64,000 bases of DNA from Porticoccaceae bacterium (GCA_029254005.1 JAQWYJ010000013.1:23630-87629); one strand, 5' to 3'; shown: positions 20,022 through 30,333, counted from the stretch's first letter. Made by a program: numbers and translations. Notes: generated from the sequence alone by a model not told the origin.

Positions 20022-21890
20022 CTACATAGGAGGTTTTTGCGTATCAATCCAAGACTTAACCGATTCCTCTAAAATTTCTAATGGCATAGCTCCATTGAGT
20101 AAAATCATTTCATGAAATTCTCGGATGTCAAAACCATCACCCAATGTCTCCTCCGCTAAGCTACGTAATCTTACAATGGAGAGCTGTCCAATTTTGTATG
20201 CAGTCGCCTGACCCGGCCATACTACATAGCGTTCTATTTCACGTACAACCTCAGCCTCAGTCATACCAGTCTTTGACAGCATATAATCAATGGCTCTCTC
20301 ACGACTCCAACCCTTTGCATGCATTCCAGTATCAACAACTAAACGTACAGCCCTGAACATCTCCGCCTGGATTCTTCCCAAATCCCCCAAGGGATCCTGT
20401 AAATATATTCCCATATCCTCAGCGGCAATCTTCTCAGAGTATAGTGCCCATCCTTCTGCAAATGCACTAAAAGGACTGAGCTTTCGTAAAAAAGGAACAC
20501 CTGTTATCAGTTGGCTTGCTGATAGTTGGAAATGATGTCCGGGAGAGCCTTCATGGATCATCAATGTGGGCAGTGTCCAGCGGGGGTTATCGTACGTATT
20601 TTTCTGGTTAATATAGAACTGTCCAGCCGACGAGCCATCAAGAGCGGGCGGCTGATAATAGCCTCCAGGGGCAGAGTCCTGTGAATACTCAGGTACCCTA
20701 ACTATTTCTAAAGGTTGAGGCGGAATAGTAATGAAATAGTCCTCTATATTTTCCATCACCTGCATGTTTACTTCATTTAAATAGGCGATTTGTTGAAGTC
20801 GACCCTCGTCAGTATTAGGAAAATTATGCTCTGGCATATCCATTAACTGACGGACTCTGGATACAATGCTACCCTCTGACATACCCTCGTTTAACAAAAT
20901 CGTTTGCATATCAATTTCTATACGAGCAACCTCATCTAAGCCAATTTGGTGAATTTTTTCTGCACTGAGCGTTGTAGAGTTGTTCGACCGTAACGCCATT
21001 TGATAGATTTTCTTACCCTGAGGAATTCGCCAGATCCCAGCATCATGATCGGTTACTGTTAACATTTCCTCAAAAAGTACAATCATCTGCTGATATTTTG
21101 GCAGCACACTTTGATCTACAAGAGTAACCGCTTTTTGAGTTAGTTCAGCTTTTCGCTGATCGGACATGTCATCTATCTTCTCAAGTTTGGATGGCAACGT
21201 TGTAATCAATGGGTTAGCTATAGCTCCTCCCTCGTAAAATTTTCGCATTCCCAATAGTGCTTTTTTAATAATAAAATCTGGTGGCATAACACCATTATCA
21301 CGATCATCCATGACGCGAACTTTAACTTCGGAGATAACTCTAGAAAATTCTTGCAATCGGCCTAGATAGCGCTCAAAACTTTTCTCATCTTTTATGCTGT
21401 GACGATCGGTGAGGAATTGCGGCAAATTGACCATCGGACCAGAAATTTGGTTAACCAGGTAGCTTCCATGCTCAAATTCACCTTGACGAATAAGATCATC
21501 AAAATACCAAGCAACTATTTTCCAGCTCAGAAGTTCTTGACCCTCTAAACCCTCGGGGCCATAGTCATTTAGCCCCTCGCGAATTTGCCGAAGAAAATTA
21601 AGCTCTTCGCGACTAGATGCCTTGTCATAGCGATCTAATTTCCCACTATGAAAATCCAATGGCGTGTTATCCACCAAGCCAAGTGAAGTGAGTAATTCTG
21701 GAGAACGCATCAGAAATTGAATAGATACTTTGTTTACATAATTATTGATTCCCACAGGAGTTGCCCAAAACCAAAAATACCCTGCGAGAAATGCAAGAAA
21801 TATCAAAGTCACCCCATATTTCATCAGTTGTTTGAATAATGCCACGTAATGCCTCCTGGAGTTATTTAATTTATTGACCTCAAGACGCAC
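20022..21890 (-). CDS. DUF885-family protein (putative metallopeptidase)
   Basis: HEGSPGHHFQ, AFAEGWALYSE, RAVRLVVDTGMH, EIERYVVWPGQATAYKIG. Exact start uncertain. Confidence 0.9.
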   Translation of the reverse strand: MRLEVNKLNNSRRHYVALFKQLMKYGVTLIFLAFLAGYFWFWATPVGINNYVNKVSIQFLMRSPELLTSLGLVDNTPLDFHSGKLDRYDKASSREELNFLRQIREGLNDYGPEGLEGQELLSWKIVAWYFDDLIRQGEFEHGSYLVNQISGPMVNLPQFLTDRHSIKDEKSFERYLGRLQEFSRVISEVKVRVMDDRDNGVMPPDFIIKKALLGMRKFYEGGAIANPLITTLPSKLEKIDDMSDQRKAELTQKAVTLVDQSVLPKYQQMIVLFEEMLTVTDHDAGIWRIPQGKKIYQMALRSNNSTTLSAEKIHQIGLDEVARIEIDMQTILLNEGMSEGSIVSRVRQLMDMPEHNFPNTDEGRLQQIAYLNEVNMQVMENIEDYFITIPPQPLEIVRVPEYSQDSAPGGYYQPPALDGSSAGQFYINQKNTYDNPRWTLPTLMIHEGSPGHHFQLSASQLITGVPFLRKLSPFSAFAEGWALYSEKIAAEDMGIYLQDPLGDLGRIQAEMFRAVRLVVDTGMHAKGWSRERAIDYMLSKTGMTEAEVVREIERYVVWPGQATAYKIGQLSIVRLRSLAEETLGDGFDIREFHEMILLNGAMPLEILEESVKSWIDTQKPPM

Positions 21891-21953
21891 ATAGTGCGCG
21901 TAACAGATTCACGAGTCATCTGTTTCTAGTCTAATAGATCTAGCGCTACTACC

Positions 21954-22313
21954 CTAATACAAAGCCAACTTAGTCTTTACTAGCGTAAAAAAATGATCGA
22001 CATTACCAGCGCAGGCTCGCAATTCTAGGTCATCAATCAACAGTAAGGCATTACCTTCACTGATTGCAATTACGCAGGGTGCCTGATCTTTAAATAGTGA
22101 AAGCTGCAAATTTAATTCATCTAAATGCAGTTTTATGAATGGTACTGGAAGTTGAGCACTTGCTGCCACAAAAGCAGATTTCTCTTTTAAAGGTCCGTGA
22201 CTGATGTCGCAAAGAGCACATTGGGCGGTGCCCTTGAGTTTACCAAATAGATAAGCCAGCTCACCTGCAAACGAGCCCTTAGCATTATAAATACCAATTA
22301 ACTGATCGATCAA
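21954..22313 (-). CDS. Conserved hypothetical protein with CxxC (CALC)
   Basis: GIYNAKGS...CALCDISHG pattern; fits between neighbours without overlap; TTG start. Confidence 0.7.
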   Translation of the reverse strand: MIDQLIGIYNAKGSFAGELAYLFGKLKGTAQCALCDISHGPLKEKSAFVAASAQLPVPFIKLHLDELNLQLSLFKDQAPCVIAISEGNALLLIDDLELRACAGNVDHFFTLVKTKLALY

Positions 22314-22364
22314 ACACCGCTTCCTTCGCTACTAAATTTCGCAGAGCCAACTGTAATCAATTTT

Positions 22365-23537
22365 TCAATCCACCATAATTATATTAGGTACTGGGAAACC
22401 ATTGAAATCACAAGCGCAGGTAGTGCAGTAAGCGCCCATATTGGGCATAAATATAACATCGTTCACCTCGATGTTACACGGTAATTCATGGTCGCCTAAA
22501 ACATCGATAGAGTCACAAGTTGGCCCGGCTAGAGCCCAAGTAGCTACTGCACCAGTGCGCTGACTAACAATGGTGGAAGGAAATTTCTCTGCTACTTCCA
22601 TTAACCCCCCATAGAAACCAGTATCTAGGAATAACCAGCGTTTCTGATCTCGTGTGGCCATACCTATAATTTGGGTCAGAAGGCATCCTCCCGCTCCTGC
22701 TAGAAAACGTCCAGGTTCGCCCATAACTTGAATTGATAAAGGTATAGTATCTAACTCTTGATTGATAATTTCACCAATTTCTTCGATTGAAGGATCGGTT
22801 TCAGAGAATTGGACAGGATAACCACCACCAATATTAAGTAATTCTGGTGTCCAACCATGGGCCTCCAAACGTTCAAATGCTTGCTTTGCGGCGCGAATAC
22901 CATCTACCCAATTGTTGACATTAATGCACTGAGATCCTACGTGAAAGGTGATACCATTAATTGGCATATTTAATTCCGCGGCCTTTTCAACAACAGCGGC
23001 AGCTCCCTTAGGGCTAGCACCAAATTTACCTGACAGGGGCCAGACCGAACCTTCATTACTGACATCAATACGCAGATATAATTTTGCATCTGGCTTAATA
23101 GATGCAATTTTTTCCACCTCTTCTGGAGTATCGACAACATACCAGATTATTCCCGCAGCAGCGGCATACTTTACCGAGGCCGGAGACTTAATTGGATTAG
23201 AGTAAAAAACGGTATCCATACTGACGTTTAATAACTTCATTGCATCTATCTCAGCAATAGAAGCTATCTCAAAGCAAGTGCCCTCTTCTTTAAAAATTCT
23301 TAACACCTCTGGATGAGGATTTGCTTTTACCGCGAAATGCGGTCTGACTCTGGGCATTGAGGCAATAAATCGACGGGCATTGTCACGCAGTCGCGCTTCA
23401 GACATCAAGAGCATAGGATCAACATAATCACAGGTATATGCAGAATAAGCTGCTACCTGATCTCGAATACTATCTTCTAACTTAACCCGCTTAATCTGAC
23501 TGACCGAAGAACTGCTTGGCGCTATAGCTAGACCCAT
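22365..23537 (-). CDS. Fold-type III PLP ornithine/lysine decarboxylase
   Basis: PHFAVKANP (PLP lysine), FEIASIAE, GKFGA, FHVGSQ, NIGGGYP, EPGRFL, GPTCDSIDV, GAYC. Confidence 0.9.
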   Translation of the reverse strand: MGLAIAPSSSSVSQIKRVKLEDSIRDQVAAYSAYTCDYVDPMLLMSEARLRDNARRFIASMPRVRPHFAVKANPHPEVLRIFKEEGTCFEIASIAEIDAMKLLNVSMDTVFYSNPIKSPASVKYAAAAGIIWYVVDTPEEVEKIASIKPDAKLYLRIDVSNEGSVWPLSGKFGASPKGAAAVVEKAAELNMPINGITFHVGSQCINVNNWVDGIRAAKQAFERLEAHGWTPELLNIGGGYPVQFSETDPSIEEIGEIINQELDTIPLSIQVMGEPGRFLAGAGGCLLTQIIGMATRDQKRWLFLDTGFYGGLMEVAEKFPSTIVSQRTGAVATWALAGPTCDSIDVLGDHELPCNIEVNDVIFMPNMGAYCTTCACDFNGFPVPNIIMVD

Positions 23538-23665
23538 TGATTGATCCTCATCGTAATTACCCGTAAGCCGCTATTTTAAGGAAAAAAACTGTCAATTTGT
23601 ATTGATAAACTTAACAAAATGATTATTATTACTTTATAAATTGATAATTTTTGAATCAAATTGAT

Positions 23666-24094
23666 ATGAAAAATCCTCAACCTTTAATACAGCTATTGCA
23701 AGAAAATAGCCGCCGTTCAGTCTCTGAACTTGCCAAACTATTAGGTCTTAGCAGAGCTACAATCCAGCAAGCAATGGAGAGGCTGGAGCGTACGGGAATC
23801 ATTCAAGGGTATACCATCAAATTGAATCCTAAGCATCAACAACAAAGAGTAAGCGCTTACGTTATGATCTCAGCGGTGTCACAAAAAACGCCGGACATTA
23901 TTCGAAAAATTCAAAAACTCAGACAACTAGATATGTTGTGTACTATTAGCGGGCAGTATGATTTGATGGCGATGGTAACTGAATCAACAACCGAGGCACT
24001 AGACCACGCCATCGATGCCATTGCCGCCTTAGATGGCGTGGAGAAAACACTTAGTCATATTGTATTGTCCAGAAAAAAGGACCGCGCTTTTTAA
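23666..24094 (+). CDS. Lrp/AsnC-family transcriptional regulator
   Basis: LQENSRRSVSELAKLLGLSR HTH, ISGQYDL RAM domain; divergent from the decarboxylase. ATG 23666 preferred over TTG 23651. Confidence 0.92.
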   Translation: MKNPQPLIQLLQENSRRSVSELAKLLGLSRATIQQAMERLERTGIIQGYTIKLNPKHQQQRVSAYVMISAVSQKTPDIIRKIQKLRQLDMLCTISGQYDLMAMVTESTTEALDHAIDAIAALDGVEKTLSHIVLSRKKDRAF

Positions 24095-24160
24095 CAACTG
24101 CTCATACTAAATATATGATATGAACACTAAACATAATCTAATCAACAAAGATCTAAACCT

Positions 24161-25648
24161 ATGACCGAAGTAAAAAAAATTCTCAAAAAACCCAGTCTCA
24201 TTGATGCACTGATTCCAGTGGTTGCGCTGATTAGTATGCTAGCAGGGACGGTTTATGTGTTTGGTTTAGATTCCTTTGGCCCCAATCAGGTAGCACTAAT
24301 ACTCGCAGCAGCAATTGCAGCTATGATCGGTATTAAAAATGGCCATAGCTGGAGAGAAATAGAGCAGGGTATGATCGAAACCATCAGTATGTCGCTACAA
24401 GCACTGCTTATACTCCTGATGGTGGGTTCGTTAATAGGCAGCTGGATTTTATCCGGTACTGTTCCCACCATGATTTATTATGGCGTAGCACTTATGTCAC
24501 CAGATTATTTTTACCTGACTGCCTGCCTGGTATGCGCACTGCTCGGCTTCAGTATTGGTAGCTCGTGGACTGTTGCCGGTACTCTTGGGGTAGGATTAAT
24601 GGGTATTGCCGTTGCACTAGATCTTTCACCAGCCATTAGTGCTGGTGCGATCATATCTGGCGCCTACTTTGGTGACAAATTATCGCCTTTATCAGAAACA
24701 ACTAATTTAGCCGCGGCCGTTACTAGCAATGATCTGTTTGATCATATTCAGCACATGCTTTGGACCACTGTTCCTGCAATATTAATTACATTAGTGATTT
24801 TTTTCTTTATGGGCGTGGGTAGCAGCTCTAATGTAGTTATCAGTGACATTGTTGCGCTTCAAACTGCCATGAACAATGCATTTACTATTAATCCGTTCAT
24901 GCTAATACCATTGATTTTGTTGTTGGTGATGGCGGTAAAGAAACAACCTGCTCTGTCTACACTAATCTGCGGCACTGTAACTGGATGCATTTTCGCTGCC
25001 GTCTTTCAATGGCATGCAGTTCTTGCACTGGCTGATGATACAAGTCTTTCGGCAACGGCGGCCGGTTTTAAAGGCTTGTTAAGTGCCATGTTTCTTGGAT
25101 ATAACTCAGTAAGCGGCAACGAATCTTTAGATGCTCTGCTTTCTAAAGGGGGCATGAGTAGTATGCTGACAACCGTCGGCCTAGTGATTAATGCTATGGC
25201 TTTTGGTGGTGCAATGGCCCGAACTGGCTTGTTAGCGCGACTGGTTGAGGCTGCACTGAGCAGGGTTAAATCTGCAGGTGGACTCATTGCTGCCACAGTT
25301 AGTACTTGCATAGGAACTAATATTTTAGCCGCTGATCAATATCTCTCAATCGTTCTTCCTGGGCAAATGTTTGTCGAACCTTATAAGGAGCGTAAGTTAA
25401 AGTCGATAAACTTGTCCAGGACTCTTGAAGATTCAGGAACACTTACGTCAGCACTGGTGCCGTGGAACACCTGCGGTGCTTATATGTCTGCTACCCTAGG
25501 CGTTAGTACGTTTTATTATGCGCCTTTTGCTTTCTTTAATTTACTCTGTCCAGTTATCGCCATTATTTATGGTTTCTCCCTTATCGCTGTGCCTGCAATT
25601 GAAACACCAGAAACCTCTGATGTCCTTGGCACTCCCGAGGATTCATAG
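24161..25648 (+). CDS. nhaC: NhaC-family Na+/H+ antiporter or amino acid transporter
   Basis: IGSSWTVAGTLG, SGAYFGDKLSPLSETTNLA, LSRTLEDSGTLTSALVPWNTCGAYM. Confidence 0.88.
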   Translation: MTEVKKILKKPSLIDALIPVVALISMLAGTVYVFGLDSFGPNQVALILAAAIAAMIGIKNGHSWREIEQGMIETISMSLQALLILLMVGSLIGSWILSGTVPTMIYYGVALMSPDYFYLTACLVCALLGFSIGSSWTVAGTLGVGLMGIAVALDLSPAISAGAIISGAYFGDKLSPLSETTNLAAAVTSNDLFDHIQHMLWTTVPAILITLVIFFFMGVGSSSNVVISDIVALQTAMNNAFTINPFMLIPLILLLVMAVKKQPALSTLICGTVTGCIFAAVFQWHAVLALADDTSLSATAAGFKGLLSAMFLGYNSVSGNESLDALLSKGGMSSMLTTVGLVINAMAFGGAMARTGLLARLVEAALSRVKSAGGLIAATVSTCIGTNILAADQYLSIVLPGQMFVEPYKERKLKSINLSRTLEDSGTLTSALVPWNTCGAYMSATLGVSTFYYAPFAFFNLLCPVIAIIYGFSLIAVPAIETPETSDVLGTPEDS

Positions 25649-25656
25649 GGGGACTT

Positions 25657-26553
25657 ATGCAACTAAAACCAGTTATTATTTGTGTCGTACTACTATTACT
25701 ATCAGTGAGTTCCGCAGCGGAATCCAAATCTCCCCTCTTTAATGGAGAAAATGCCCTGACGCATATCAAGACTCAGGTTGCATTTGGACCGCGCACCATA
25801 GATAACTCCGAGGGGAAACAAGCCACCTTAGATTTTATACACCAAACACTGGAACCTTTAAGCTCAAAAATCACGGTGCAGCCCTTCACAGTACAAGGCT
25901 TAAACGGCAAAAATATTTGGGCCACTTTTATGAATCCTAAGGCGATGGGCACTGCTAATCGCATCATGCTTGGGGCGCACTGGGATACACGCCCAATATC
26001 TGAACAGGACCCAGATCATAGTAAACAGACACTGCCCACGCCAGGAGCAAATGATGGCGGGTCAGGCGTAGCAGTCCTTCTAGAACTAGCACGGTTGTTT
26101 TCTATCAGAAAGCCTGAAGTTACGGTAGATTTGATTTTTTTTGATTTAGAAGATATGGGCAATATTAAAAATCTTCCCTTTGCATTAGGCGCTCAGGTAT
26201 TTGTAGATCAAAATCCATTCTATCGTCCCAGCAAAGGGGTTATCGTGGATATGGTATGTGATAAAAATCTTAGGATTCCTCAAGAGCGCTATTCTAAAAA
26301 GCAAGCTCCTTTGCTAATCAAAGAGATATGGTCTATTGCTGAGGCACAAAATGCCACGGGATTTTACAAGCAACAGGGCACTTATATTCAAGATGATCAT
26401 TTACCCTTTTTAAATGCCGGAATTCCCGTTATTGACCTAATCCATTATCCCTTCCCAGACTATTGGCATACATCAAGGGACACGATTGAGAACTGCGACG
26501 CTGAGAGTTTAGAACAGGTTGGAAATGTTCTGTCTGCATTTGTTTACAACTAA
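25657..26553 (+). CDS. Secreted M28-family enzyme, animal/Bacteroidetes-type glutaminyl cyclase-like
   Basis: Signal peptide; LGAHWDTRP, GANDGGSG, FFDLEDMG, VDMV, IQDDHLPF, WHTSRDT. Confidence 0.75.
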   Translation: MQLKPVIICVVLLLLSVSSAAESKSPLFNGENALTHIKTQVAFGPRTIDNSEGKQATLDFIHQTLEPLSSKITVQPFTVQGLNGKNIWATFMNPKAMGTANRIMLGAHWDTRPISEQDPDHSKQTLPTPGANDGGSGVAVLLELARLFSIRKPEVTVDLIFFDLEDMGNIKNLPFALGAQVFVDQNPFYRPSKGVIVDMVCDKNLRIPQERYSKKQAPLLIKEIWSIAEAQNATGFYKQQGTYIQDDHLPFLNAGIPVIDLIHYPFPDYWHTSRDTIENCDAESLEQVGNVLSAFVYN

Positions 26554-26616
26554 TAGTAATGTAAAGTAAAAGTTGAGACTGACAACTGGTATGATTTGCA
26601 CAGGAGCTATACAACT

Positions 26617-27966
26617 ATGAATAATTACAACAACTATAAAAATCTGCTACCTATGATAATGTTAGTGAGTCTAACAGTAAGTAGTTTTGTTCAAGCTAAA
26701 AGCGAATTGGCGGATGCTATTAACCTAGACTACCAAGATCGTCTGGGCGCTATGTTCAAAGATTTCCATGCTAATCCAGAGCTGAGTACTGCAGAGTTTA
26801 CAACTGCAAAGAAAATGGCTGAAGCATTGCGTACTCATGGCTTTGACGTCACCGAAAGTGTGGGTGGTACCGGTATTGTTGCTCTTTTAGAAAATGGTCC
26901 TGGACCGCTAGTAATGATGAGAGCAGATATGGATGGACTGCCAGTTAAAGAAATGTCTGGTCTGCCGTACGCCTCAAAGGCAACTCAACTTGACCCAATA
27001 ACTAATAAGACCTTCCCAGTGATGCACGCCTGTGGGCATGATGTGCACATTACCAGCCTTATAGGAACAGCAAAGCAAATGGTTGACCTCAAAGAGCATT
27101 GGTCTGGCACTTTAATGCTCATTGGTCAGCCTGCAGAAGAGCGTGTGATTGGTGCTAGAGCAATGATGGAAGATAATCTTTGGCAACGATTTGGCAAGCC
27201 TGACTATGCCTTGGCTTTTCATGTTTCATCTATTCTGCCCTCTGGAGTAATCAATGTTGTAGAGGGTGCGCCATTTGCAGGGGCAGATACCGTTGATATC
27301 TATGTTCGTGGCATAGGGGCTCATGGCGCTTCGCCACATGCAGGTAAGGATCCTATCGTCTTGGGTAGTCAAATTGTGATGGCATTACAAACATTAGTTT
27401 CACGAGAGTTATCCCCAAGACAACCAGGCGTGGTTACCGTAGGGGCTTTCCATAGTGGCACCAAACACAATATTATTTCTGAACTTGCTCATCTGCAGTT
27501 AACAGTGCGTAATACCAATCTAGATACGAGAGATACTCTGTTGAGGGGTATAAAGCGCATCGCTGAAAATTTAGGTCGTGCCGCTGGTTTACCAGAGGAT
27601 AAACTTCCTGAAGTTGTATATTCTGAGGAGTCAACGCCCCCCACAGTTAATAATGCTGCCATGGCTCGACGTTTAAAACAGGTCTGGGAAAACGGCATGG
27701 GCGAGGACAGAGTGACGGCAATCGAAGCAGAGGGAATGGGCGCAGAAGACTTTCCGTTTTTTACTACCGATCCTGAAATTACCAGCGTTTATTTTTCCGT
27801 TGGTGGTACGGATGCTGATTATATTGCCGCAGCAAGAAATGGAACCGGGCCCGCAGTGCCCTCTCATCACAGCCCCATATTTAAAATTGAACCAAAACCT
27901 GCGGTCACAGCGGGCATTGAAGCCACTGTTTTAGCGCTAATGGATCTACTTCCAGCCGCGAATTAA
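26617..27966 (+). CDS. Secreted M20D amidohydrolase/carboxypeptidase
   Basis: RADMDGLPV, MHACGHDVH, QPAEE, GAEDF, HHSP; signal peptide; AGGAG before ATG 26617. Confidence 0.88.
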   Translation: MNNYNNYKNLLPMIMLVSLTVSSFVQAKSELADAINLDYQDRLGAMFKDFHANPELSTAEFTTAKKMAEALRTHGFDVTESVGGTGIVALLENGPGPLVMMRADMDGLPVKEMSGLPYASKATQLDPITNKTFPVMHACGHDVHITSLIGTAKQMVDLKEHWSGTLMLIGQPAEERVIGARAMMEDNLWQRFGKPDYALAFHVSSILPSGVINVVEGAPFAGADTVDIYVRGIGAHGASPHAGKDPIVLGSQIVMALQTLVSRELSPRQPGVVTVGAFHSGTKHNIISELAHLQLTVRNTNLDTRDTLLRGIKRIAENLGRAAGLPEDKLPEVVYSEESTPPTVNNAAMARRLKQVWENGMGEDRVTAIEAEGMGAEDFPFFTTDPEITSVYFSVGGTDADYIAAARNGTGPAVPSHHSPIFKIEPKPAVTAGIEATVLALMDLLPAAN

Positions 27967-29081
27967 CCCAAAACGCTTCGCAGAGAATGTAAGCAATAAT
28001 CTACATTTTTCTGCGAACTTGCATGACCCATTAGACCAATACGCCAAACATTTCCCGCTAGGGCGCCCAGACCGGCGCCTATTTCCAAATCATACTCCTT
28101 CAGCAGCCGATTACGGACATCAGCGTCGTTAACACCCTCAGGTATAGTTACCGCATTCAATTGCGGCAGCCTATCCTGTGCAGCAACAATAAAATTAATG
28201 CCCATTTCCTCTAAACCATTCCGTAACAATACATGATTAGTATGGTGTCTGGACCAAGCATTCTCTAGTCCCTCTTCTTGAACGATTACCAAGGCCTCAT
28301 GAAGGCCATAAAGACAATTAACTGGTGCAGTGTGGTGATAGGCTCGCTTACCATCACCCGCCCAATAACCCATAACAAGGTTTAAATCTAAAAACCAACT
28401 TTGTACCTTGGTTGTTCGCGCTTTAATTTTATCTGCAGCTCGCTGGCTAAAACTTACTGGTGACAAGCCTGGCGATGATGAAAGACATTTCTGTGACCCA
28501 GAATAAATTGCATCGATGCCCCATTCATCAACTAATAACGGCGTTCCAACCAAGCTAGTAACAGCATCGACTATTACTAAGCAATCATACTGATGACCCA
28601 AATTTACTAACGTTTTAGCATCTGATTGTGCACCCGTGGATGTCTCCGCATGCACAAACGCCACAATACAGACATCTGGATTAGCCTTCAAAGCGTCCTC
28701 AAGTTTTGACGGGTCCACGGCCTTACCCCATTCATCTTGAACCATGACTGCGACACCGCCACAACGCTCTACATTTTCTTTCATACGCCCGCCAAATACG
28801 CCATTTTGACAGACAATGACCTTATCGCCAGGTTCAACTAGATTAGTAAAACAGCATTCCATTCCCGCAGAGCCTGGGGCTGATACGGCAAATGTTAATT
28901 CATTTTTTGTTTGAAATACATATTGTAAAAGTTGCTTAGTCTCATCCATCATACCGATAAAGCTAGGATCTAAATGGCCTACCGTCGGTCGAGACATTGC
29001 TTGAAGTACACGATCGCTAACATCGGAGGGACCAGGCCCCATAAGAGTCCGTTGGGGTGGGTGAAATGAAGATATAGTCAT
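27963..29081 (-). CDS. Alanine-glyoxylate/serine-pyruvate aminotransferase (class V)
   Basis: LMGPGPS, VHAETSTG, VDAVTSL, YSGSQKCLS, YHHTAP, WRIGLMG. ATG 29081 preferred (29114 possible). Confidence 0.9.
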   Translation of the reverse strand: MTISSFHPPQRTLMGPGPSDVSDRVLQAMSRPTVGHLDPSFIGMMDETKQLLQYVFQTKNELTFAVSAPGSAGMECCFTNLVEPGDKVIVCQNGVFGGRMKENVERCGGVAVMVQDEWGKAVDPSKLEDALKANPDVCIVAFVHAETSTGAQSDAKTLVNLGHQYDCLVIVDAVTSLVGTPLLVDEWGIDAIYSGSQKCLSSSPGLSPVSFSQRAADKIKARTTKVQSWFLDLNLVMGYWAGDGKRAYHHTAPVNCLYGLHEALVIVQEEGLENAWSRHHTNHVLLRNGLEEMGINFIVAAQDRLPQLNAVTIPEGVNDADVRNRLLKEYDLEIGAGLGALAGNVWRIGLMGHASSQKNVDYCLHSLRSVLG

Positions 29082-29124
29082 AGATTTTTCCTGGCTGGAT
29101 TGGCGTTTAGTCATCTCAAAAGTG

Positions 29125-30333
29125 TCATACAGTATCGGTTACAACGCCGCTTGTCTTTAGCTGCTCAATAGTCGCTGTATCAATGCCAATACTACTGAGA
29201 ATTTCGTCGGTATGAGATCCAATCTCTGGACCGGGCCACGCAGTGCTGCCGGGCGTTGCAGCCAACTTTGGCATCAAAGCGGGAATTGTAAGGGATTCAC
29301 CATTAATTTCTACTGTTTCAAATAATTCTCGGTATTGAAAATGCTTATCATCCAGCATATCCGCCGCATTATATACAGGTCCACAGGGTATTCGGTGAGC
29401 CTCTAGAATGGACATTACACTATCTAGCGGTGTTTGTAGGCACCAATTGGATAGTAAATCATCGATCTCACGTTCATAGATAACGCGATCTGCATTAGTG
29501 CGATACTTGGCGAGTGTGGCAAGATCTGGGCGCCCTATAGCCACCATTAGTCGCTTAAAAATAGAGTCTCCATTGCCACCGATCACAATATATTTTTCAT
29601 CGGCGCACTGATAAGTATTAGTAGGGACTATTCCTGTCACCGTTGTACCAGAAGGTTGCCTGACTACACCCGCACCCTGGTACTCTGGGATCACCGCCTC
29701 TAAAAGATTAAACATCGATTCATACAGGGCAATATCAACCACCTGCCCACCTGCCTCTCCCTTGTCATTCTTTTGATCCTTGACTCTTAGTGACATCAAA
29801 ATACCAATAACCGCATGTAACCCTGACACTGTGTCACCCAAACTCAAGTTAGGACGCACTGGGGTTTGTCCTGGATAACCATTAACATAACGAAACCCAC
29901 TAATTGCCTCACAAGCAGAGGCAAATCCAGGCTTGTTCGCATAAGGGCCTGTCTGACCATAACCTGAAATCCGAGCATAAATAAGGTCTGGGTTATCCTT
30001 TTGTAAGCTTTTCGGGTCAAGGCCCCACTCCTCTAGAACACCGGGACGAAAATTCTCAATCACAATGTCAGCAGTCTTCATCATTTGACGAACAATATTG
30101 CGGCCCTCAAGCGTTTTTAAATCAATTGAAATACATTTTTTATTTCGACCCAAACTACGCCACCATAGAGAAGTTCCATCTTTGACTTCACGCCAATTCC
30201 GAATAGGATCACCACCTGGAGGTTCGATCTTAATTACCTCCGCACCAAAATATCCCAACATGCAACCTGCGAATGGCCCAGCAAGTAGCTGACCCAATTC
30301 AATTACCCGTAGTCCTTCTAGTGGTTTATTCAT
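29125..30333 (-). CDS. CaiB/BaiF family III CoA-transferase (second copy)
   Basis: QLLAGPFAGCMLGYFGAEVIKIEPPGGDPIRNW, ENFRPG, PNLSLGDTVSG. Confidence 0.88.
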   Translation of the reverse strand: MNKPLEGLRVIELGQLLAGPFAGCMLGYFGAEVIKIEPPGGDPIRNWREVKDGTSLWWRSLGRNKKCISIDLKTLEGRNIVRQMMKTADIVIENFRPGVLEEWGLDPKSLQKDNPDLIYARISGYGQTGPYANKPGFASACEAISGFRYVNGYPGQTPVRPNLSLGDTVSGLHAVIGILMSLRVKDQKNDKGEAGGQVVDIALYESMFNLLEAVIPEYQGAGVVRQPSGTTVTGIVPTNTYQCADEKYIVIGGNGDSIFKRLMVAIGRPDLATLAKYRTNADRVIYEREIDDLLSNWCLQTPLDSVMSILEAHRIPCGPVYNAADMLDDKHFQYRELFETVEINGESLTIPALMPKLAATPGSTAWPGPEIGSHTDEILSSIGIDTATIEQLKTSGVVTDTV

